Of a DNA stretch of 64,000 nucleotides, positions 27,528-37,175 are shown one piece after another. The stretch comes from a virus (taxonomy: Duplodnaviria > Caudoviricetes). Position 1 is the first letter of the stretch. Every line of letters starts with the position of its first letter. Under the pieces are notes generated by a model. The model made no database searches and was not told the DNA's origin. It saw nothing but the letters and a program-made list of their open reading frames with translations. The translations under genes were made by a program, and so were the position numbers. The stretch covers positions 1 through 64,000 of the IMG/VR virus record IMGVR_UViG_2974611271_000001. One strand, given 5' to 3'.

Positions 27528-27779
27528 ATGAAAAATCTCCAGACTTACCCTGTCGCCAAGAACGGCAAGTTTTTCGGCTACGCAGACGCCGACCAGATCG
27601 CTGCAGCGGGCGGAAAGCTCGAACTGTTCGACGAGAACAAGGCGGCGAAGATCTCGACCGAAGCCAAGATCGCCGAGTCGAAGGCGAAGCAGGCGGCGAA
27701 GTCGAACGAGGTCAAGGACGCGGAAGCCGCGGGCGGCGCCGACAACGGCACCCCGCCGAAGAAAGGCCCCGCCAAGTAA
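27528..27779 (+). CDS. hypothetical Ala/Lys-rich protein
   Basis: 83-aa ORF after capsid. Confidence 0.65.
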   Translation: MKNLQTYPVAKNGKFFGYADADQIAAAGGKLELFDENKAAKISTEAKIAESKAKQAAKSNEVKDAEAAGGADNGTPPKKGPAK

Positions 27780-27805
27780 TTCGACACGCTGTCGCGAATT
27801 GATAC

Positions 27806-27838
27806 GCGGGCGCGTCGGAAACGACTGCGCCCGCTTTC
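27806..27838 (+). terminator. intrinsic terminator
   Basis: GCGGGCGC...GCGCCCGC followed by TTTC. Confidence 0.5.
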
Positions 27839-27853
27839 CTCATGAGGAGTGGG

Positions 27854-28120
27854 ATGCCTGACGACTTGTCACATATCGAACAGCGGCTCGAGCAGCACAC
27901 GGACCGCATCACGGCGCTAGAGCTCTGGAAGGCAGAGCAAGCGACGTTTCTCGCCGTCCGCGAAGAGCGCGACAAGCACCTCGACCGCCGGTTCGACAAG
28001 CTCGAGCAAGGCGTTGACGAGGTGAAGGGCTACCTGTTGAAGATCGTCTGGGTGATCGTGCTCGGCATCCTCGGGTCGCTCGTGATGTTCATCATCAATG
28101 GAGGGCTGGCAGGTGTCTGA
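27854..28120 (+). CDS. XhlA-like coiled-coil plus TM protein (holin-like)
   Basis: RITALE coiled coil then KIVWVIVLGILGSLVMFIINGG. Confidence 0.6.
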   Translation: MPDDLSHIEQRLEQHTDRITALELWKAEQATFLAVREERDKHLDRRFDKLEQGVDEVKGYLLKIVWVIVLGILGSLVMFIINGGLAGV

Positions 28121-28549
28121 TCGAAACAGCCGGCAACTTTCGTTCATCCTGAGTCTGCCGACACTGTTTCTTCTCATCACTCTCGGGTTCATTCCGGTGA
28201 TGTTCCCGATCATGGCGCAATGGGAAGGCAACCTCATGCCGGTCGTGCGCAACGTCGAAGTCCGCGAGGTCGAGAACACCGAAACCGGGATCATCGTGGA
28301 CGTGCACTTCGACAAGGTGCGGTCGTGTGAGTTCCTGGGAATTTCGTGGTACGACTCTTTCGGTGATCGTGCCCCGTGCTATTCGACCTCGACAATGAGG
28401 GCGATCTCCCGAGGTCGCGACCTGTCATGGAGGACCAGAATGCGGGCCCGTGGAAGCTGCTTGGGATCGACCAGCTCGACGGATTGGTTGCGATCACGTC
28501 ACATCGCTGCCATCCGCTCTGGATCACTTACACGCGATTCTATCCTTGA
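28113..28549 (+). pseudogene. membrane-anchored protein with apparent -1 frameshift at about 28372
   Basis: FDKVRSCEFLGISWY continues coherently in -1 frame: SRP...AGPW...HRCHPLWITYTRFYP*. Confidence 0.55.
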
Positions 28550-28558
28550 GCGAGATTG

Positions 28559-30208
28559 ATGCCGAAGCAGATTGACTACACCCCCGAAGAAGTGTTCGAC
28601 GCGTTCCAGCGGCTCGGACGATCACAGCGCGCAGTGTCGCGCGAACTTGGAATCTCGAGGGGTGCGGTCAAGTATCGGCTCGAGAAGGCCGCGCAACTCG
28701 GCATGGACTACGACGCGCCCATCTCGGGCGGCAAGTTCACCGCGTTCAAGACCATCGTCATGCCGCTGCCGAAGGTGGGCGAAGTCAAGCGCTACATCCT
28801 GTCCTCGATCCAAAACAACACGGACGCGCACGTCCCCTTCGTCGAAAACCTCGTCGCATACGCCGAGCACATCGGTGCCGAGTTCAAGGTCGCGCGCTAC
28901 TCCTACAACCGCGCCGCATACGGCAACAAAGGCACGAAGGCGGGCAAAGGGCCGACCGAGGACGACACGAAAGAGCTGTGGTTCGATCCGATCTTCGACG
29001 AGTACATCTGCGACGACCGCCTCGAGCTGGCACCGCAGCTCCTGTTCTGCGGTGAGATGAACATCTCGCCCACGGCGAAGCGCCCATTGTCGAGCCTCGA
29101 GACGTATGCAGGCCGCAAATCCGCGATCTTCCCGCACACCAAGTTCGCGCTCGAGTCGATTGCAGGCACGGCGAACGAAGGCGCGAAGTTCAACTACACC
29201 ACGGGCACGGCGACGCTGCTCAACTACATCCAGAAGAAGCAGGGCTTGCAGGCGGAATTCCATCACGGCTTCGGCGCCGTGATCGTCGAAGTCGATCATG
29301 AAGGCGACTGGTTTGTCCGGCAGCTGAACGCGGACAACGACGGGACGTTCTACGACATCACGCCGGCCGGTGTCGTGCGTGTCTCCGACGGAGAGGTGAG
29401 CTCTGGCGCCGTTGCGGCGATCAACTGGGGAGACATCCACGCCGAGGTCGTCGATCCCGAAATCTACGAACTGTCCTTCGCGGACGGCGGCATCCTCGAC
29501 ACGCTGCGCCCGTCGCATCAGTTCGCGCATGACGTGCTCGACTTTCGCGCACGCAATCACCACGAGATCAAGAACTGCCACCAGATGTTTAAACGCTGGA
29601 GGGAGGGCACCGACAACGTGCGCGACGAGGTTCATCGCGTGAAAGCGCTGCTCGAGGACATCGACCGCGACTTTTGCACGACGGTCATCGTCGACTCGAA
29701 CCACGACCGCGCGCTCGAGCGCTGGCTGCGCGAGGCGGACTACAAAACCGACCCAGAGAACGCCGTGTACTTCCTCGAGCGTCAACTCGCGCAGTACCGC
29801 GCAATCGAGAACGACGACCAGGACTACCACGCGTTGCGCGAGGCATTGCGCGACGCAGGGCTCAGCCGAGACTTCCTGTTCCTCGGGCCGGACGATTCTT
29901 TCGTCCTGTGCAACGAAGACGACGAATTCTCCGGCGGTGTCGAGTTCGGGATGCATGGGCACTTGGGACCGAACGGATCGCGCGGCACGCCGCTGGGTCT
30001 GTCGCGTCTGGGCCGCAAGGCGAACACCGGGCACACTCACAGCGCGCAGATCATCGACGGGCTCTATGTCGCGGGCACGATGAGCAAGCTCCGCCTCGAC
30101 TACAACTCGGGGCCGTCGTCGTGGTCGCACTCGTTCATCGTGACCTACGAGAACGGGAAGCGCACGATCATCACTTGCTACAACGGGAAGTGGCGCGCAG
30201 GACCTTAA
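28559..30208 (+). CDS. HTH plus calcineurin-like metallophosphoesterase (T5 A1-like)
   Basis: N-terminal HTH; WGDIH, HDVLDF..RNHH, SNHD, MHGHLGPNGSRG, GHTHS. Confidence 0.75.
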   Translation: MPKQIDYTPEEVFDAFQRLGRSQRAVSRELGISRGAVKYRLEKAAQLGMDYDAPISGGKFTAFKTIVMPLPKVGEVKRYILSSIQNNTDAHVPFVENLVAYAEHIGAEFKVARYSYNRAAYGNKGTKAGKGPTEDDTKELWFDPIFDEYICDDRLELAPQLLFCGEMNISPTAKRPLSSLETYAGRKSAIFPHTKFALESIAGTANEGAKFNYTTGTATLLNYIQKKQGLQAEFHHGFGAVIVEVDHEGDWFVRQLNADNDGTFYDITPAGVVRVSDGEVSSGAVAAINWGDIHAEVVDPEIYELSFADGGILDTLRPSHQFAHDVLDFRARNHHEIKNCHQMFKRWREGTDNVRDEVHRVKALLEDIDRDFCTTVIVDSNHDRALERWLREADYKTDPENAVYFLERQLAQYRAIENDDQDYHALREALRDAGLSRDFLFLGPDDSFVLCNEDDEFSGGVEFGMHGHLGPNGSRGTPLGLSRLGRKANTGHTHSAQIIDGLYVAGTMSKLRLDYNSGPSSWSHSFIVTYENGKRTIITCYNGKWRAGP

Positions 30209-30215
30209 AGAGCCT

Positions 30216-30228
30216 ATAAGCGACTTAT
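30216..30228. promoter_or_regulatory. ATAAGCGACTTAT operator upstream of neck/tail operon
   Basis: Exact consensus copy. Confidence 0.6.
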
Positions 30229-30300
30229 TCCTAGGACGAATCCACGCTCGAGTCACGGCACGTTCTGCCGTAGGATCGCCGCGACGAAAGGACCGGCGCA

Positions 30301-30792
30301 ATGACTCTGACTGTTGGAACTGATGCCTACGACACGCTTGCCAATGTGCGCGCCTATTGGGCCGCGCGCGATGCAACTGCGTCGGCAGCATGGATCGCAC
30401 TCGCGGACGCAGACGCCGAATTGCTGATCCGCAAGGCGACCGACTACGTCGACCGCAATTTCTCCTACATCGGGGACAAGGCGACGGCCGCGCAGCGCCT
30501 GAAATGGCCGCGCAAGTTCGCTGAGGTCGAAGGCTTCCTGCTCGACTCGGCGACGATCCCGTGGCAGGTGCAAGAGGCGACCGCGATCATCGCGGAGCTG
30601 TATCGCCTCGGCACGTTCGACATGGAAGGCATCATCACCGACGACGCTGCAGCGATCTCGATGCAGAAGGTCGATGTGATCACCGTCCAGTACGACACGA
30701 CGAAACGGTTGCAAGGCAAGGACGTGCCGTCGCACGTCTACGCACTGCTCCGCCCACTCACGCTTGGAACGGGAGGATTGAAGCGCGCATGA
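30301..30792 (+). CDS. head-tail adaptor (DnaT-like family)
   Basis: Y.TLA....Y, ATDYVD, QRLKWPR, IP.QVQEA, KVDVITVQY. Confidence 0.75.
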   Translation: MTLTVGTDAYDTLANVRAYWAARDATASAAWIALADADAELLIRKATDYVDRNFSYIGDKATAAQRLKWPRKFAEVEGFLLDSATIPWQVQEATAIIAELYRLGTFDMEGIITDDAAAISMQKVDVITVQYDTTKRLQGKDVPSHVYALLRPLTLGTGGLKRA

Positions 30793-31166
30793 ATTTCTAC
30801 GAAGGCCTCCGCGACGACACCGCCGGCCCGCTGATCGCTCAGTTCGGGCAGCTCGCGACGTACCGCGTCTTCGGGGCGGAGACCTACGACAACGCGACCG
30901 GGAAGACGACGAAAGGCTCGCCGACCGATACCGCGATCCAGATGCTCGACTTGCCCATGCGCGAGCGCGAGTTCACGGAAGCAGTGACGGCTCAAGCCGA
31001 CGCCATGCTCCTCGTCGCAGCGAAGGAATTGAATGCCGCAGGCGTGACGCCCGCAGTCGACAACGAGGTGATCTTCGGTTCGAAGACCTACCGCATCCTG
31101 TCCATCAACACGGTCGGCCCTTCGAGCGTTGCCGTGATCTACAAGATGGCGGTGCAAAATGCCTAG
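30789..31166 (+). CDS. head closure / stopper protein
   Basis: LIAQFGQ, YDNATG; synteny. Confidence 0.65.
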   Translation: MNFYEGLRDDTAGPLIAQFGQLATYRVFGAETYDNATGKTTKGSPTDTAIQMLDLPMREREFTEAVTAQADAMLLVAAKELNAAGVTPAVDNEVIFGSKTYRILSINTVGPSSVAVIYKMAVQNA

Positions 31167-31572
31167 GGGTCTGTCAGCACGCGAGTTCGCCATCGACCTG
31201 AAACGGTTCGGTAAGGTGACCGAGGAACAGGCAACGCTGATCTTCCAGAAGATCGCCATCGACCTGGACACGCGCGTCGTCCTCGGCACGCCTGTCGACT
31301 CGGGTCGCGCACGCGGCAACTGGTTCCCGTCCGTCGGCTCGCCGTCGGCTCAGGTGGACATGAACGCATCAGACAAGTCGGGGTCCGCGGCAACCGCGGC
31401 CGCGACGAGCACGGTGTCGGGCGCGAAGATCGGCGACGTGCTGTGGTTGACCAACAACCTGCCCTATATCCTGCCGCTCGAGAACGGCTGGTCGGGGCAG
31501 GCGCCCGAAGGCATGGTCGACCTGAACCTGAACGCCATCGCGGCGCAGTACGGCGGGAGCATTCAGCGATGA
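31159..31572 (+). CDS. tail completion / neck protein (HK97 gp10-like)
   Basis: TPVDSGRARGNW, NNLPYI..LENGWS.QAPEGMV. Confidence 0.8.
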   Translation: MPRGLSAREFAIDLKRFGKVTEEQATLIFQKIAIDLDTRVVLGTPVDSGRARGNWFPSVGSPSAQVDMNASDKSGSAATAAATSTVSGAKIGDVLWLTNNLPYILPLENGWSGQAPEGMVDLNLNAIAAQYGGSIQR

Positions 31573-31976
31573 CTTACGCCGTGGCACACGCAGCGATCCG
31601 GCAACGGTTCGAAGCGCAATGGGGCGCGACCACTGACGTGCAGTGGCCGTCCACGAAATACACCCCGGGCGAAGACCCGTGGGTTCGACTTCAGATCGCA
31701 CCGGCGAACGCCCTCTGGGCCTCGTTCGGTGATCCTGGCAACAACGTCGAGCGCAATCTCGGCCAGGTGACGGTCCAGATCTTCGTTCAATCGGGCGAAG
31801 GCGAAGGGCTCGCGATGGAGTATGCTGATCAGGTTCGAGCTGTTTTCCGCAACTGGCGGGATGCAGTATCGGGCGTGCGGTTCCTGGAGCCGCCGTATGC
31901 CCGCCAGATCGGATTCGATGGAAAGTGGTTCCAGGTCAACGTCGTCGCGCCGTTCCAGTTCGACGACTACACTTGA
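31569..31976 (+). CDS. tail terminator
   Basis: PWVRL, G.VTVQIFV..GEG, WFQVNV..PF; synteny. Confidence 0.7.
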   Translation: MTYAVAHAAIRQRFEAQWGATTDVQWPSTKYTPGEDPWVRLQIAPANALWASFGDPGNNVERNLGQVTVQIFVQSGEGEGLAMEYADQVRAVFRNWRDAVSGVRFLEPPYARQIGFDGKWFQVNVVAPFQFDDYT

Positions 31977-31994
31977 TGGGAAAGGAGAACCCCA

Positions 31995-33191
31995 ATGCCT
32001 GATTTTGGCACTTCCAACCGGGTGGCGCTCCGTCGAGTCGCGGAATCGACTTGGGGTACCACTCCCGCAACTCCGACGCTGGACCCGATCCGGTTCACTT
32101 CGGAATCGCTCAACTACAACGCCGACTTCATCACGTCGGAAGAGATCCGCGCTGACCGCATGACGCCCGACACCATCCAGGTGTCGTCGCAAGCGGGTGG
32201 CGACATCAATGGGGAATGGTCCTACGCCACCTACGATGACTTCATTGAAGGCGCCATGTTCTCGTCCTGGCTGACCACGGGTTCGGCACAGGGTCCGGAC
32301 ACGACCATCGCCATCGTGAAGACGGGCGGCTCGCCCAACACCTGGACGCTCACCGACTCCGGCAGCGGGTTCGCCTCGAACTCGTGGGTCGTTGGTCAGT
32401 TCGTCAAGGTCGAGGGCTTCTCGACCGCGGGCACGTTCTTCGCCGAGATCACGTCGATTGCCGCAGGCACCCTGGGCATCACGCCGCTCACCGACGTTGC
32501 GTCGGAAGCCGCGGGCGACTCCGTGACGATCACGCCGCTCGACTTCATCCGCAACGGCACGACCAAGAACTCCTACACGATCCAGAAGGCGTTCACCGAC
32601 CTGGCGACGCCCGAGCTGTGGAACTTCACTGGTTCGCGCATCTCGACCTGGAGCCTGGAGCTCGCGACTGGCTCGATCCTGACCACGACCTTCACCGTGC
32701 TGGCGAAGGACGCGCAGATGACCGAGTCCCAGTTCTCGGGTGCGACCGTGAACGCGGCGAACACCAACACCGTGCTGAACGCCGTGGACAACGTCGCTGC
32801 CATCGTGTTCGATGGTGACCCGGGCAGCTCGACGTTCTACTTCAACTCCCTGTCGATCACGCTCGACAACCAACTGCGCGGGCAGGAGGCTGTCGGCACG
32901 CTGGGTCTGATCGGGATCGAAGCAGGTCGTCTGTCGCTCACGGGTGCCATCGAGCTCTACTTCGAGAACTCGTCCCTGTTCGACAAGTTCCGCGCCGCGA
33001 CCGCGTTCGGCCTGTCCTTCCTCGCGCAGGACGCCGCCGGCAATGCCTACGTGGTGACGATCCCGCGGGCGAAGTACACTCAGATGGAAATCGTCGCGGG
33101 TGGCCTCGACCAGGACATCTTCGCTTCGGCACAGTTCGAGGCGATCATCAACGCTGCTGGCACCTACCAGTACCAGATCAGCCGCACCTAA
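31995..33191 (+). CDS. major tail tube protein
   Basis: ESTWGTTP, SEEIRADR, GGDINGEWS, SYTIQK, G.IELYF. Confidence 0.85.
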   Translation: MPDFGTSNRVALRRVAESTWGTTPATPTLDPIRFTSESLNYNADFITSEEIRADRMTPDTIQVSSQAGGDINGEWSYATYDDFIEGAMFSSWLTTGSAQGPDTTIAIVKTGGSPNTWTLTDSGSGFASNSWVVGQFVKVEGFSTAGTFFAEITSIAAGTLGITPLTDVASEAAGDSVTITPLDFIRNGTTKNSYTIQKAFTDLATPELWNFTGSRISTWSLELATGSILTTTFTVLAKDAQMTESQFSGATVNAANTNTVLNAVDNVAAIVFDGDPGSSTFYFNSLSITLDNQLRGQEAVGTLGLIGIEAGRLSLTGAIELYFENSSLFDKFRAATAFGLSFLAQDAAGNAYVVTIPRAKYTQMEIVAGGLDQDIFASAQFEAIINAAGTYQYQISRT

Positions 33192-33221
33192 GTCGCAGGC
33201 GCCTCTGGGCGTCCGCGCACC

Positions 33222-33252
33222 GCGGGAGGGGTAGTCGGGTCGCCCCTCCCGC
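33222..33252 (+). terminator. hairpin after tail tube gene
   Basis: GCGGGAGGGG...CCCCTCCCGC. Confidence 0.5.
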
Positions 33253-33338
33253 ACCTTGTTCTTCGATTGCAGAACAGGCCGTTTCCGCCTATCTTCGCCG
33301 CTGTCATGTGACCCGACCTGAACGAAAGGAACCTTTCA

Positions 33339-33740
33339 GTGGCTGACCTCAAATTCGACATTAACGACTTCCGCCTCGACTACGACGCTGTCCAGAACGG
33401 CGTGTGGGTCGAGTTCGGCGGTGGCGCGTCCTTCAAGATCGCCCCGTTCGACAACCCGTCCTTCGAGGACGCGTTCCGCAAGGCCAACAAGCCCTACAAC
33501 GATCTGGGCCGGAAGCCCAACGACGACGAGCAAGAAGAGATCATGTGCCGCACCATGTCTCAGTTCATCGTCCTGGGCTGGAAGGGCGTCTTCGACGGCG
33601 ACGCCGAACTGCCCTACTCGCAGGAAGCCGCCTACCGCCTGCTGACCGAGCTGCCGCGCATCCGCGCGAAGATCATCACCGAGGCGCAGAAGCTCGAGAA
33701 CTTCAAAGCCAAGGCCCGCGAGGCGACCGAGGGAAACTGA
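33339..33740 (+). CDS. tail assembly chaperone (G)
   Basis: GVWV, LGWKGV...LPYS; ends EGN*. Confidence 0.8.
   Translation: MADLKFDINDFRLDYDAVQNGVWVEFGGGASFKIAPFDNPSFEDAFRKANKPYNDLGRKPNDDEQEEIMCRTMSQFIVLGWKGVFDGDAELPYSQEAAYRLLTELPRIRAKIITEAQKLENFKAKAREATEGN
33731..33737 (+). promoter_or_regulatory. programmed -1 ribosomal frameshift site G GGA AAC
   Basis: X XXY YYZ heptamer right before the TAC stop; -1 frame open to 34111. Confidence 0.8.
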
Positions 33741-34111
33741 AGAGCTGCGTCCTGTGGGAAATGAGCTATGGCGACCGGATCGCCATGCTCCAGAAGATCG
33801 CCGAGCGGGAGGGAAAGATGCCTCCCGCTCTTGCCAATCGCCCGGTCGTCACAGAGCACGCAGCACCTTATTTGACCTCTTTCAAAAGGCTCCATTCTTC
33901 GCGTATGATGAGTGCCAACGGCACCCCGTCTGGGATCCCTCTGTCAGAGATGGAGTCCTATGCGCGAATGTTCGGTTTCGGTAGTCCGGAGGACCGCCTG
34001 GATCTCGTGCACTACGTCAAGATCTGCGACGATGCCTGGTTGACCGAAGTGAACAAGCGGAGGAAGCCAGTTGGCAACCCAGGAAAGCACACTCCGGGTA
34101 GGCGTCGATAG
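33737..34111 (+). CDS. tail assembly chaperone T segment (G-T fusion)
   Basis: -1 frame: F..L.SSR...P.GIPLSE...Y...D.AWL. Confidence 0.75.
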   Translation: MKSCVLWEMSYGDRIAMLQKIAEREGKMPPALANRPVVTEHAAPYLTSFKRLHSSRMMSANGTPSGIPLSEMESYARMFGFGSPEDRLDLVHYVKICDDAWLTEVNKRRKPVGNPGKHTPGRRR

Positions 34112-37100
34112 CCGCCCAATGGTCGAAGGAGCCCGCAAAGGTGAGCGGGCTCTTGACGGCCTCGGGCGCAAGGCTGGCGTCCTCGGAGAAACCTTCGACC
34201 GGCTGAATACTCGAACCAACCTCCTCGCTCGCGCGTTCGAGGCCCTTGTCGCTGTGGGCATCGCGACCTTCTTCACTCAAGCCGTCACCGCGGCTGGCTC
34301 GTTCGAAACCGCAATGGCGGAGGTCAGCACGCTCGTAGACGAGACCGTCTTCAATCTGGGACGGCTAGAGGACGCAATCCTTGCACAGTCGCGAGCGTTC
34401 GGTGCAGCCCCTGTCCAGCAGGCCGCTGCTGCCTACCAGATCATCTCGGCAGGCGCGAGCACTGCCACCGAAGCCATCGACCTCCTCGACGCATCGAACC
34501 GCCTCGCCATTGGCGGGGTCACAGACGTTGCTACGGCTGCGGATGGCTTGACGTCCGTCCTCAACGCCTATGGTATGGCGGCGTCGGAGGTTTCCGACGT
34601 TAGTGACGTGCTCTTCGTCGGTATGCGCGCTGGTAAGACGACCATCGGGGAGCTGGCCTCCTCGCTCGGTAACGTCGCGCCGCTGGCCGCGCAAGCAGGC
34701 GTCGGGTTCGATGAACTGGTCGCCTCGATTGCAGCTCTGACCAAAGGCGGTATCTCGACGCAGCAGGCAGTGACGGGCGTCCGCGCGATCCTTGCGGCCG
34801 TCACCAACCCGACCGTCGAAGCAGCCGACATGGCAGAGCGCCTAGGCCTCAACTTCAACGCCGCCGCACTCGAGTCGCGCGGCTTCGCTGGCTTCATGGA
34901 AGACGTGGTCACGGCGACGGGCGGCTCGTCCGACGCGATGGCGCAGCTCTTCGGCGGCGTCGAAGCCCTGGTTCCTGCCCTCGCACTCGCGGGTCAGGCG
35001 GGCGTCGATATGACCGCGATTCTCGAGGACATGGAGGAGCGCGGAGGCGCGACCCAAGAAGCCTTCGAGAGGATGACCAATACCTTCGAGTTCCAGTCTG
35101 CGCGTCTGCGTCAGTCGCTCATGACCGCGCTGATCGAACTGGGCTCCATCATCACGAGCGCGCTCACTCCTGCGATCAAATTCCTTGCCGACAACTTCGA
35201 CGCGCTCAGCCGCTTCGTCATGGTCGCAGCCGCTGGGTTCACCGCCCTGATGATCCCGGCAGTCATCGCCATGATCCCCGCAATCGCATCCGCGACGGCT
35301 GGCCTCGTCGCAATGGCCGCTGCTTGGCTTCTGACGCCGTTCGGCGCGATCCAAGCTCTGATCATCGGCGCAGCCGCTGCGCTGGCCTACTTCGGGGACA
35401 CCAACGTCGAGGTCGCTGGCCGCGTCGCGACGGTGTGGCAGGTGCTCAAGGCCGTCCTGATGACCGTGGGCCAATACTTCGGGCGCATCTACGACATTGC
35501 GGTCACCGCCTTCCAAGGCATCGTTGACGGGCTGGCTGACTTTGGTGAGTCGGCCTACAACATCTTCCTGCAGGTGTGGAACTGGGCGACGAGCGCCTGG
35601 GACGGCGCGAAAGCGTCCGCGGGGAACTTCTTCTCAAACGTGGCCGAACGCCTCGACGAGTTCCTGGGCAACTGGGGCCTTTCGCTCGACACGATTGCCG
35701 ACTGGATCAAAGGCGCGGTCAACTTCTGGATCGGTCTCCACGTCGGGTTAATCGCAGCGATCCGCCCGACGATCACCGAAGGCATTCCCGCTCTGTTCGA
35801 GCTCGCCATGGCGAAGGCGAAGAACATGGCGATCCAGGGCCTGCAGAACATCATCAACGTCTTCGTCCGCGGCCTGGGTGGCCTGGGCGACGCGCTCGAC
35901 CTGATCCCTGGTTTCGAAGGCATCGGTGACGCGATCCGCGAGAGCCTGACGGTCGACTTCTCCGACCTGCAGACGGACACGGCTGCGCTCGAGGCGAACC
36001 TTGCATCCGCAGGCGCAAACATCGGGTCCGCGTTTGGCGAGGCGCTCAACGTCGACTACGTCGGGAACTTCGGGACGGCTGTCCGCGAAGGCGCCGAGAC
36101 CGTTCGCACGGCCTTCGACGAGAACATTCTAGGCCCGTTCAACGACGCACTGACTCGCACGGGTCAGACGCTCGCGAACGACTTCGGCGCGAACCTGGAC
36201 ACCGTGATCGAGCAGCAGGAAACCTCGTCCGAGATCCAGGAGCAACTCAACACGGTCATCGAAGACGGCACGCCGGTCATCACCGACTTCGGTGACGCGG
36301 CGGGCGGTGCAGCCGGTCAGCTCCGCGAACTCAACGCCGCACAGCAGGAGTACATCGACGGCCTGACCGACGAGTACGAGCAGATCGTCCAGAACAATGG
36401 CGGCGCCCGCGACGCAGTGCGCGCTTGGTACCAGGAGCAACTGATGATCCTGGAAGACCTCGGCTTGAAGTACGAGGACTACGCCACAATGATCGAGACG
36501 ATCTTCGAGGAGCGCATGAAGGAAGCGCGCGAGCAGGATCTCGAGAACGCGACCGACTGGGCATCGGGCATCTCCCGCGCACTGGACAGCATCGAAGCGG
36601 ACATCGGCACGGCTGCTGACCGCGCGGAAAGCATGTTCAAGAGCGCCTTCGACAAGTCGGCGGATGCGCTCGCTGACTTCGTGATGACTGGCAAGCTCGA
36701 CTTCGGTGAGCTGGCTCGTTCGATCATCGCGGACATCATCAAGATGCAGACGCGGATGCTGCTCTTCAACGCCATCAAGATGGCGTTCCCTGGGTTCGCA
36801 GACGGCGGGATGGTTCCTGTGTTCGCAGACGGGGGTCGCATCAGCGGGCCGGGTACCGGTCGTTCTGATTCTATTCTTGCGCGTGTCTCGAATGGGGAAT
36901 ATATCGTGAACGCCAAGGCGACCCGCGAATTTCTCCCGATGCTGAACCAGATCAACTCTGGCCAGATGCCGACGTTCGCGGACGGTGGTCTTGCGATGGG
37001 GTCGATTGCTGCGCCGCGTCGCATGGCTTCCGGTGACGAGCAGACGAACCGCGGAGACAACCCGACCATGATCTTCAACATCACGACGCCCGACGCCCAA

Positions 37101-37175
37101 TCGTTTAAACAGTCGGAAGGCCAGATCGCCAACCGGATGCGTCGCATGGCACAGCGAGGAGTGCGCGGCGCATGA
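34071..37175 (+). CDS. tape measure protein (TP901-type core)
   Basis: 1034 aa Ala-rich; FETAMAEV, GKTTIGELA, C-terminal FADGG, GPGTGRSDSI. Confidence 0.92.
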   Translation: MATQESTLRVGVDSRPMVEGARKGERALDGLGRKAGVLGETFDRLNTRTNLLARAFEALVAVGIATFFTQAVTAAGSFETAMAEVSTLVDETVFNLGRLEDAILAQSRAFGAAPVQQAAAAYQIISAGASTATEAIDLLDASNRLAIGGVTDVATAADGLTSVLNAYGMAASEVSDVSDVLFVGMRAGKTTIGELASSLGNVAPLAAQAGVGFDELVASIAALTKGGISTQQAVTGVRAILAAVTNPTVEAADMAERLGLNFNAAALESRGFAGFMEDVVTATGGSSDAMAQLFGGVEALVPALALAGQAGVDMTAILEDMEERGGATQEAFERMTNTFEFQSARLRQSLMTALIELGSIITSALTPAIKFLADNFDALSRFVMVAAAGFTALMIPAVIAMIPAIASATAGLVAMAAAWLLTPFGAIQALIIGAAAALAYFGDTNVEVAGRVATVWQVLKAVLMTVGQYFGRIYDIAVTAFQGIVDGLADFGESAYNIFLQVWNWATSAWDGAKASAGNFFSNVAERLDEFLGNWGLSLDTIADWIKGAVNFWIGLHVGLIAAIRPTITEGIPALFELAMAKAKNMAIQGLQNIINVFVRGLGGLGDALDLIPGFEGIGDAIRESLTVDFSDLQTDTAALEANLASAGANIGSAFGEALNVDYVGNFGTAVREGAETVRTAFDENILGPFNDALTRTGQTLANDFGANLDTVIEQQETSSEIQEQLNTVIEDGTPVITDFGDAAGGAAGQLRELNAAQQEYIDGLTDEYEQIVQNNGGARDAVRAWYQEQLMILEDLGLKYEDYATMIETIFEERMKEAREQDLENATDWASGISRALDSIEADIGTAADRAESMFKSAFDKSADALADFVMTGKLDFGELARSIIADIIKMQTRMLLFNAIKMAFPGFADGGMVPVFADGGRISGPGTGRSDSILARVSNGEYIVNAKATREFLPMLNQINSGQMPTFADGGLAMGSIAAPRRMASGDEQTNRGDNPTMIFNITTPDAQSFKQSEGQIANRMRRMAQRGVRGA

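Noticed and set aside
33731-33737. -1 frameshift as a novelty
   Set aside because: Standard tail-chaperone G/GT frameshift; listed as a feature only
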